A stretch of DNA of 15,008 bases, from assembly GCA_964411615.1 (NCBI GenBank), contig CAYPLO010000040.1, positions 1-15,008 on the forward strand. Direction: 5' to 3'. Of this stretch, positions 8,903 through 15,008 are shown in pieces; position 1 is the first letter of the stretch; each line of letters begins with the position of its first letter. A model generated the notes under the pieces. That model did not search any database, was not told the origin of the DNA, and was given only the letters and a program-made list of their open reading frames with translations. Both the position numbers and the translations under genes were made by a program. The stretch is from an uncultured Aquificales bacterium. Lineage in GTDB: Bacteria; Thermosulfidibacterota; Thermosulfidibacteria; Thermosulfidibacterales; Thermosulfidibacteraceae.

Positions 8903-9087
8903 TACTCCTCAACCTCCAGCACCTGCCTGCCCTTGTAGAAGCCGCAGCTGGGGCATACCCTGTGGGGAAGCTTCGGCTCCTGGCAGTGGGGACAGATGGA
9001 GAGCACGGGGGGCTGGAACTTCCTCCTCCACTGGGCCCTGCGCTTGTCCCTTCTGGCTCTGGATGTCCTGTTCTTTGGTACAGCCAT
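8899..9087 (-). CDS. rpmF: 50S ribosomal protein L32 (zinc-ribbon C+ form)
   Basis: MAVPKNRTSRARRDKRR, CPHC...PHRVCPSCGFYKG; conserved yceD-rpmF-plsX order. Confidence 0.97.
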   Translation of the reverse strand: MAVPKNRTSRARRDKRRAQWRRKFQPPVLSICPHCQEPKLPHRVCPSCGFYKGRQVLEVEEY

Positions 9088-9091
9088 AGCC

Positions 9092-9625
9092 TCACCTCTT
9101 CACCAGTTTTTCCCTTATTCTGGCCAGACCCGCCCACCGGGGATCGGTGAACCTTCTATTACAATCACAGGCCCCGTAGTTCAAGTTCTTACCGCAAACG
9201 GGACATATACCCTTACAGTCCTCCCTGCACAGGGGCTTCATGGGGATGGCCAGGTAGGTCTTCTCAAGATAGACCATGCTCAGGTCCATCTCATCACCCA
9301 TGTAGTACAGAACATCCAGGTCGTCCCTCGTCAGCTCGTGAACCCCGTGGCCGTAGCAGTACCTGCCGGGGTAGTAAACATCCCTGAAGCTCTCGGCTAT
9401 GGGGAACTCAAACTCCTCAAGGCACCTGCTGCATCTCAGCCTCACCGAAACGCTGAAGCTACCCTCCACAACCACCCTGCCGTCGGGGGTCTTGGAAATC
9501 TCCATAAAGCCGGAATAGGCCCTCACAACGGGATAGACGGAAGAGCCAACCTTTATGGTCTCACGGGTGTCCTTTATATCGTAATGGTATCCGCCCTCCG
9601 GTATATCCCCTATCTTGATAATCAT
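9092..9625 (-). CDS. yceD: YceD/DUF177 family 23S rRNA accumulation protein
   Basis: CSRCL, PMKPLCREDCKGICPVCGKNLN, CDC, DPRWAGL. ATG 9625 chosen (SD GGGAGGTG, ATGA overlap with the mqnB stop) rather than the track start at 9700. Confidence 0.93.
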   Translation of the reverse strand: MIIKIGDIPEGGYHYDIKDTRETIKVGSSVYPVVRAYSGFMEISKTPDGRVVVEGSFSVSVRLRCSRCLEEFEFPIAESFRDVYYPGRYCYGHGVHELTRDDLDVLYYMGDEMDLSMVYLEKTYLAIPMKPLCREDCKGICPVCGKNLNYGACDCNRRFTDPRWAGLARIREKLVKR

Positions 9626-10218
9626 CGCCACACCTCCCGCTCTCTTATAAACTCCACCACAGCCCCCATGGCGGCCTCCAGACTCCATCCCTCCCTGCAT
9701 CCAGCTATGTTGCTGATTCCCCTCACCTCCACCGGCCTCACGCCAAAGAGGGAGGCCGCATGGGCCACAGCGGCACCCTCCATATTCTCAACGGCACCTC
9801 CGTAAGCCAGGGCCAGCCCCTCAGCCTCCTTAACATCCTCAGGCATACGGGATACTGTAATAAATACGCCGGTGGGGACATCTTCAAGGGGAACCTTCAT
9901 CCCGAACCTCAGAGGCTCAAACTTCTCATCCCCATACACCTCCTCTTCGGCAAAGACAACATCCCCCACCCCAAAGCCGCTTCCGGGATAGGCCCCACCA
10001 ACCCCAACCACCCACAGCTCCACAGGGCCATAACGCTCAAGCATCCTGCAGGTGCAGAGGGCGGCGTTCACCTTGCCGGCGCCGCTCACAACAACAAGGG
10101 TGCTTGGAGAGAGCAGGGCCGTGGGATAATCTCCCCCAACGAAGGAGAGCCCGAAGGCCTCCTCCAGAAACCTCGCCTCAACAAGGGTGGGGACTATGAC
10201 GAGCCTCTCCACCTCCAT
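9622..10218 (-). CDS. mqnB: Futalosine hydrolase (PNP/UDP nucleosidase fold)
   Basis: SGAGKVNAA, GVGGAYPGSG..VGDVV.AEEEVYGD, ENMEGAAVAHAA, EVRGISN..G.R..W. The NMEG/ISN variant and mqnD in the same gene run favour MqnB over generic MTA/SAH nucleosidase. Confidence 0.82.
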   Translation of the reverse strand: MEVERLVIVPTLVEARFLEEAFGLSFVGGDYPTALLSPSTLVVVSGAGKVNAALCTCRMLERYGPVELWVVGVGGAYPGSGFGVGDVVFAEEEVYGDEKFEPLRFGMKVPLEDVPTGVFITVSRMPEDVKEAEGLALAYGGAVENMEGAAVAHAASLFGVRPVEVRGISNIAGCREGWSLEAAMGAVVEFIREREVWR

Positions 10219-11126
10219 ACCCTATCAATAATGCTGGCGAGGGGCTGCTGCCAGGTTATGGTTAAAGCGGCAGGCAGGGTGGCCTCCGGGGAGAAGCCGG
10301 AAAGGGCCATGACCAGGGCGGCACCGTTGTTCTTCATACCCATAAAGTAGGAGAGGGTTATGCGCTCCCCTCTGCTGGCCCCTGAGATAAGTCCCACCGC
10401 AACACCGAGAAGGTAGCTCGCCACAACCTGTATGCCAACGGCAACAAAGACCCTGAGCATGGCTATTCCCAAGGGCACAGAGGAGAAGGCCACGGAGGTG
10501 TTCAGCACAATCATGTAGAGCATCCCCACCTTGGCCCACAGGGAGAAGAGGGGCTTCAGCCTATCCTCAGGCCTCCTCTCGTAGAGAAACACTGCCAGAA
10601 GGGTAGGGATGAACACCGACCACATGAGCTTCACGAAGAGGGAGCCCAAGGGCACATGCACCGATTTGCCCACCAGAAGCTTCAGCATAACCGGGGCCAC
10701 AAAGGGTATGGTGAGAACGTGAGAACCAACCAGTATCACACCGAGGGCCACATCCCCTCCGGTTATTGAGCTCCAGATAATGGTGGAGATGGCAGCGGGG
10801 GAGGCGGCCACACAGAGCTGCCCCACACCGTAGGGACTCGCCATCCCGAAAAACAGAATAGCAACCCCGTAGGCCACCGCAGGTATCAGGAAAAACTGAC
10901 CAACCATTCCCCAGGCGAAGAGCCTCCTGTAGTGGCGCAACTTCGCAAAGTCCGACCTTCTAAGCCCCCAGGTGGAGGAGAACATTATGGTGAAGAGCAT
11001 GTGGGGGGCGGTCCACTTGAGGGCTGGCATGAAGCCCCTTGAGAGGTAGCCCACCACAAAGGAGGCGGGGATGAGCACTATAAGCCACGAAGAGAGCATA
11101 CGATTTGCCTTTGAGAACCCTTCCAC
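10194..11126 (-). CDS. Bile acid:sodium symporter (BASS/SLC10) family membrane transporter, substrate unknown
   Basis: About 9-10 hydrophobic segments; LFTIMF, GQFFLIP, SPAAIS...GGDVAL, IPFVAP, GMKNNG motifs. Start could be GTG 11126 or the downstream ATG (MLSSW). Confidence 0.82.
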   Translation of the reverse strand: MEGFSKANRMLSSWLIVLIPASFVVGYLSRGFMPALKWTAPHMLFTIMFSSTWGLRRSDFAKLRHYRRLFAWGMVGQFFLIPAVAYGVAILFFGMASPYGVGQLCVAASPAAISTIIWSSITGGDVALGVILVGSHVLTIPFVAPVMLKLLVGKSVHVPLGSLFVKLMWSVFIPTLLAVFLYERRPEDRLKPLFSLWAKVGMLYMIVLNTSVAFSSVPLGIAMLRVFVAVGIQVVASYLLGVAVGLISGASRGERITLSYFMGMKNNGAALVMALSGFSPEATLPAALTITWQQPLASIIDRVWRWRGSS

Positions 11127-11128
11127 CT

Positions 11129-11587
11129 TCAGCTCAGAACAGAAGGGTCTTCAAGGGAGGCCAGAAACTTCTCCCACTCCTCATGGGGGAGGGCAACAAA
11201 GAGCCCCTCCGCCTCGGCGTGAACCTCACCCTCCCTCTCTATGACACAGGTGGCCCTAATCTTCCTCCCCCTTCTCTCGGCCACCTTAGCCACCCCCCTG
11301 TAGGAAACCCCGCAGAGAACGGGCCTCTTATACCTTACCGTCATCTGAGCCGTTAGAGAGCAGACCTTCTCCTGGGCGGCTATCACCCACCAGAGAAGCT
11401 CATCGGCTATGGTGGAGATGATGCCTCCGTGGGCCACCCCGTCAAAGCCCTGGTAGTTTTCGGAAAGAACAAAGTCCGAGTAGACCACACCCTCGCTCCT
11501 GTCCCAGAACCTTTCAAGCCTCAGCCCTATGGGATTGAGATGGCCACAGCCGAAACAGCCTTTAAAAGGGGGCAGCTTCACCACCAT
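11129..11587 (-). CDS. PaaI-family hotdog-fold thioesterase
   Basis: CFGCGHLNPIGLRL N-terminal motif, YQGFDGVAHGGIISTIADE active-site helix, TAQMTVRYKRPV, AEAEGLFV. Confidence 0.88.
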   Translation of the reverse strand: MVVKLPPFKGCFGCGHLNPIGLRLERFWDRSEGVVYSDFVLSENYQGFDGVAHGGIISTIADELLWWVIAAQEKVCSLTAQMTVRYKRPVLCGVSYRGVAKVAERRGRKIRATCVIEREGEVHAEAEGLFVALPHEEWEKFLASLEDPSVLS

Positions 11588-11652
11588 GACCCTGCTTATA
11601 ATACCTGCACAGGCTTGTTATCAACCCCACCCCTTTGATATACTTTTTAAGG
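11588..11652. promoter_or_regulatory. Divergent promoter region with overlapping sigma70-like promoters
   Basis: Plus strand: TTGTTA(11615-11620)-N18-TATACT(11639-11644) with extended TGn. Minus strand: TTGATA(11624-11619) followed by TATTATAAG. It is the only divergent, AT-rich intergenic region in the window. Confidence 0.65.
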
Positions 11653-12456
11653 ATGAGTGGTGTCCTCTACATCGTCTCCACCCCCATAGGCAACCTCAAG
11701 GACATAACCCTAAGGGCCGTAGAGGTGCTTAAAGGTGCCGATGCGGTAATAGCCGAGGACACCAGAAGAACATTAAAGCTTTTTAACCATCTGGGGATAA
11801 AGAAGGAGCTTATAAGCTACTACGACCCTGTAGAGAAGGAGAGAACACCCCTCATAATAGCAAGACTGCTCAAAGGGGAAAGACTGGCCCTGGTGTCCGA
11901 TGCCGGCACACCGCTTCTGTCCGACCCCGGATACAGGCTCGTTGTGGCCTGCATAGAGAACAAAATCGATGTGGTCCCCATACCGGGGCCATCATCGGTT
12001 CTCGCTGCCCTTGTGGCCTCGGGCCTTCCACCCCATCCCTTCTCCTTCTGGGGATTCCTTCCAAGGGGGGAAAGGAGAAGGAAGCTTCTAAGGCTACTAT
12101 CACTGAGGGAGGAGACCCTCATCTTCTTTGAGTCACCCAACAGGCTGAGAGCAACCCTTGAAGACATACTTGAGTGCATGGGGGACAGAAGGTGCTGTGT
12201 GGCCAGGGAGATGACAAAGGTTCACGAGGAGTTCATAAGGGGAAAGGTGTCAGAGGTGATTGAGCAGCTAAAAGGGAGGGAGATTCTCGGGGAGATATGC
12301 CTGGTTGTGGAGGGAACACGAAAGAGCCCGGAGGAATGGGAGAAGGCGGCGGCAAAGCTCTTAAACGCCGGCTTCACCCGTAAAGAGACGGCAAAGATAG
12401 TGAGTGTGCTCTTTGATGTTCCCAGAAATACGGTCTATAAGAGCCTGAACCCATGA
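11653..12456 (+). CDS. rsmI: 16S rRNA (cytidine1402-2'-O)-methyltransferase
   Basis: LYIVSTPIGNLKDITLRA, AEDTR, LVSDAGTPLLSDPG, PIPGPS, GFLP, FFESPNR, ARE.TKVHEE, GEI. ATG 11653 preferred over TTG 11635. Confidence 0.96.
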   Translation: MSGVLYIVSTPIGNLKDITLRAVEVLKGADAVIAEDTRRTLKLFNHLGIKKELISYYDPVEKERTPLIIARLLKGERLALVSDAGTPLLSDPGYRLVVACIENKIDVVPIPGPSSVLAALVASGLPPHPFSFWGFLPRGERRRKLLRLLSLREETLIFFESPNRLRATLEDILECMGDRRCCVAREMTKVHEEFIRGKVSEVIEQLKGREILGEICLVVEGTRKSPEEWEKAAAKLLNAGFTRKETAKIVSVLFDVPRNTVYKSLNP

Positions 12457-12911
12457 GGTTTGTGGCAGACTCAATGCTGGGGAAGCTTGCCAGGTTCCTG
12501 AGGATTATGGGACAGGATGTCATATACCTGAGGGATGCCGAAGACACCTTCGTCCTCTACACCGCCAAGGAGGAGAGGAGGCTCCTCCTCACCAAGGACC
12601 GGGGGCTGGCGGAGATGGCGGCAAGGACATCAACGGAACACCTCCTCATACACTCAAACAGCGTGAGGGAGCAGCTGAAGGAGGTGCTGGAGAAGACGGG
12701 CATAAGGCCCTCAAGGCCTGTAAGATGCATAAGCTGCAACGGCCCCATAGAGAAGGTGGACAGGGGAGAGGTTGAAGGGCTGGTGCCCGACTTCGTGTGG
12801 CAAAGATACACGGACTTCTGGATGTGCAGAAGCTGTGGCAAAATCTACTGGCACGGCTCCCATCTGAAGGGATTGATAAGGTTTCTGGGGTATAACCCGT
12901 GGGAGAGATGA
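12453..12911 (+). CDS. Mut7-C RNase domain protein (PIN-like fold plus zinc ribbon)
   Basis: FVADSMLGKLARFLRIMG.D, RLLLTKD, RCISCNG, VP, CRSCGKIYW.GSH; no N-terminal ubiquitin-like domain. Confidence 0.9.
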   Translation: MRFVADSMLGKLARFLRIMGQDVIYLRDAEDTFVLYTAKEERRLLLTKDRGLAEMAARTSTEHLLIHSNSVREQLKEVLEKTGIRPSRPVRCISCNGPIEKVDRGEVEGLVPDFVWQRYTDFWMCRSCGKIYWHGSHLKGLIRFLGYNPWER

Positions 12912-13681
12912 AGGACATCCAGAGCCAGAGGGACCACAGGAACCTGCCCATAGACAGGGTGGGGATAAGGGGGATAAGGTACCCCATAACCGTGCTTGAC
13001 AGGAACAACAGGGAACAGCCCACGGTGGCCACCATAGACATGGCGGTGGGGCTCCCAAAAGAGTTCAGGGGCACCCACATGAGCAGGTTCGTTGAGATAC
13101 TGAACCAGTACAGATGGAAGATACACACCAGGACGGTATCGGAAATCCTGAAGAGAATCATGGAGAAACTCCCCTCACACTCCGCCTACATGAAGGTGCA
13201 GTTCCCCTACTTCGTGGAGAAGGTCTCCCCGGTGAGCAGGGTTCCCAGCCTCATGAGCTACAACGTGGAGCTTGAGGCCACCCTCTTTGAGGACGGAAGA
13301 AAGGACACAACCCTCACCGTTGAGGTGCCCGTTATGACCCTCTGCCCCTGCTCCAAGGAGATAAGCACACGCAACGCCCACAACCAGAGGGCACTGGTGA
13401 GGATAAGTGTGAGGATGAAGAGGATGGTATGGATAGAGGAGCTGATAGAGGTGGCGGAAAGACACGCAAGCTCCCAGCTCTACTCCCTGCTCAAAAGGGA
13501 GGACGAGAAGTTCGTCACGGAATACGCATACGAACATCCCGTGTTTGTAGAGGACCTGGTGAGGGACATAGCCATAGAGCTGAAAAAGGACCAGAGGATA
13601 AGCTGGTTCAGGGTGGAGGCGGAGAGCATGGAGAGCATCCACAACCACAACGCCTTTGCCGTGGTGGAGATGGAGCCGTGA
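12908..13681 (+). CDS. folE2: GTP cyclohydrolase IB
   Basis: [56 protein letters not shown] 12908 with ATGA overlap. Confidence 0.95.
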   Translation: MKDIQSQRDHRNLPIDRVGIRGIRYPITVLDRNNREQPTVATIDMAVGLPKEFRGTHMSRFVEILNQYRWKIHTRTVSEILKRIMEKLPSHSAYMKVQFPYFVEKVSPVSRVPSLMSYNVELEATLFEDGRKDTTLTVEVPVMTLCPCSKEISTRNAHNQRALVRISVRMKRMVWIEELIEVAERHASSQLYSLLKREDEKFVTEYAYEHPVFVEDLVRDIAIELKKDQRISWFRVEAESMESIHNHNAFAVVEMEP

Positions 13682-14328
13682 GGACCATAGCGGTGCTGCT
13701 ACTGGCACTGGTGGTTACAGCCTGCGCCTCAAGGGGGGTGGAGGAGCTTCCCATGTCCTCGGTCCCTGTGGGCTGGAAGCAGAGGGGATACGCCTCCTGG
13801 TACGGCCCCAAGTTCCACGGAAGGAGAACCGCAAGCGGCGAGGTCTTCAACATGTTCTCCCTCACCGCTGCCCACAGAACCCTGCCCTTAGGAACCTATG
13901 TGAGGGTCACCAACCTGAAAAACGGCAGGAGCGTGGTGGTGAAGATAAACGATAGAGGCCCCTTCGTGAAGGGCAGAATCATAGACCTCTCCTACGCCGC
14001 AGCCAGACGCCTGGGAATGATAAGGGACGGGGTGGTTCCCGTAGAGATCACCGTCCTCGGAACACCCCAGGACCACTACTCACCTGTGGCAGCCTTCCAC
14101 TTCGGATACTACTACATACAGGTGGGCTCCTTCAGGGACTGGAGGAACGCCATAAGAAGGGCCAAAAGGTTCAAGAAGCGCAGATACCCCGTGGAGATAA
14201 GGCCTGTGGATGTGGATGGCGAAAGGTTCTACCGTGTCCTCATAGGTCCATACACCAGGACAGGGGCCACAAGGATACTCTACAGCCTCAGAAGAAGGGG
14301 GATAGATGCCAGGCTCTACAGGGACTGA
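13678..14328 (+). CDS. rlpA: RlpA-family septal-ring lytic transglycosylase lipoprotein (DPBB + SPOR)
   Basis: GTG start at 13678 (GTGA overlap with folE2); signal peptide [16 protein letters not shown] with lipobox; [38 protein letters not shown]-terminal YYIQVGSF...[12 protein letters not shown] domain. The track start at 13429 is spurious. Confidence 0.93.
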   Translation: MRTIAVLLLALVVTACASRGVEELPMSSVPVGWKQRGYASWYGPKFHGRRTASGEVFNMFSLTAAHRTLPLGTYVRVTNLKNGRSVVVKINDRGPFVKGRIIDLSYAAARRLGMIRDGVVPVEITVLGTPQDHYSPVAAFHFGYYYIQVGSFRDWRNAIRRAKRFKKRRYPVEIRPVDVDGERFYRVLIGPYTRTGATRILYSLRRRGIDARLYRD

Positions 14329-15008
14329 AGCAGTTGTGGTGGAGAAGCTGACCAAAGTCTACAGGGCAAGGGGAAATCCCTTTGCAAAGGCCAAAGAGGT
14401 GGTGGCCCTCAAGGAAGTGTCCCTTAGGGTGAAGGAGGGGGAGATACTGGGGGTTGTGGGGGAGTCGGGAAGCGGCAAGACCACCCTGGCCAAGGTGATA
14501 GCGGGGGTGGAAAGGCCCACCTCCGGAAGTGTGCAGGCGCTAAAGCCCCTGCAGATGGTCTTTCAGGACCCCTACTCCTCACTGAACCCCAGGATGAAGG
14601 TTGAGGAGATAGTGACAGAGCCGGTATGGGCCCGAAGGAAGCTAAACAGAAGGGAAAGGAGAGAGCTGGCAGAGGAGCTGCTCACCATGGTGGGGCTATC
14701 ACCTGAGCACGCCGGCAGATACCCCCACCAGTTCAGCGGCGGCCAGAGGCAGAGGATAGCTATAGCCAGGGCACTCTCGGTAAACCCCAAGGTGCTCATC
14801 CTGGACGAGCCCACATCCTCCTTAGATGTGTTCGTTCAGGCGCAGATACTGAAGCTGCTTCTTGAGATACACCGGAGAAGCAGGGCCAGCTACATCTTCA
14901 TAACCCACAACATCCCCGTAGCCGTAAACTTCTGCCACAGGATAGTTGTTATGCACAGGGGGGAGGTGGTTGAGGAAGGGGAATCCTGGCACGTATTCAG
15001 CAAACCCA
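14306..15008 (+). CDS. Dipeptide/oligopeptide/nickel-type ABC transporter ATP-binding subunit (OppF/DppF-like); runs off the window
   Basis: Not in the ORF track. Manual translation [19 protein letters not shown]...GESGSGKTT (Walker A)...[15 protein letters not shown]...[19 protein letters not shown]...[11 protein letters not shown] (Walker B)...ITHN. ATG 14306 overlaps the rlpA end by 23 nt; GTG 14336 or 14339 are alternative starts. Confidence 0.93.
   Translation, partial: MPGSTGTEAVVVEKLTKVYRARGNPFAKAKEVVALKEVSLRVKEGEILGVVGESGSGKTTLAKVIAGVERPTSGSVQALKPLQMVFQDPYSSLNPRMKVEEIVTEPVWARRKLNRRERRELAEELLTMVGLSPEHAGRYPHQFSGGQRQRIAIARALSVNPKVLILDEPTSSLDVFVQAQILKLLLEIHRRSRASYIFITHNIPVAVNFCHRIVVMHRGEVVEEGESWHVFSKP

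Noticed and set aside
11129..11587. Hotdog-fold gene as fabZ, fabA or fapR
   Set aside because: It lacks the FabZ LPHRxPFLLVD and HFP motifs and any HTH; its motifs match PaaI-type thioesterases.
11500..11700. Abrupt switch from C/T-rich to G/A-rich plus strand, suggestive of a replication origin or terminus
   Set aside because: It coincides exactly with the change in gene orientation (purine-rich coding strands); no DnaA-box cluster or dif-like site was seen.
1..15008. CRISPR arrays, tRNA/rRNA genes, riboswitches, IS elements, tandem repeats
   Set aside because: No non-coding space exceeds 65 nt, and no regular repeats or transposase/integrase motifs were seen. Recurrent CCTCCTC and CTCTCT tracts reflect Glu/Arg codons on the opposite strand.

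Overview
Very gene-dense bacterial chromosomal window. Heavy AGG/AGA (Arg) and ATA (Ile) usage, Glu/Lys/Arg-rich proteins and purine-rich coding strands suggest a thermophile, but the taxon cannot be fixed from the sequence alone. A 65-bp AT-rich spacer at 11588-11652 separates two divergent gene runs. The minus-strand run has 17 abutting or overlapping genes: PaaI-like thioesterase, BASS-family transporter, mqnB, yceD, rpmF, plsX, fabH, fabK, fabD, fabG, acpP, fabF, rnc, mqnD, an unusually short flagellin-like gene, an MNT nucleotidyltransferase and a HEPN/HepT-like RNase (cut by the window edge and absent from the ORF track). The plus-strand run is rsmI, a Mut7-C RNase-domain gene, folE2, an RlpA-like lipoprotein and a peptide-ABC ATPase (cut by the edge and absent from the ORF track). 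Most of the window is housekeeping. The most unusual element is an orphan 242-aa flagellin that appears to lack the D1 beta-hairpin and all variable domains, has divergent termini and a sigma70-like rather than sigma28-like upstream motif, and overlaps an MNT-HEPN toxin-antitoxin pair by 4 nt. No rRNA, tRNA, CRISPR array or mobile element was recognised.
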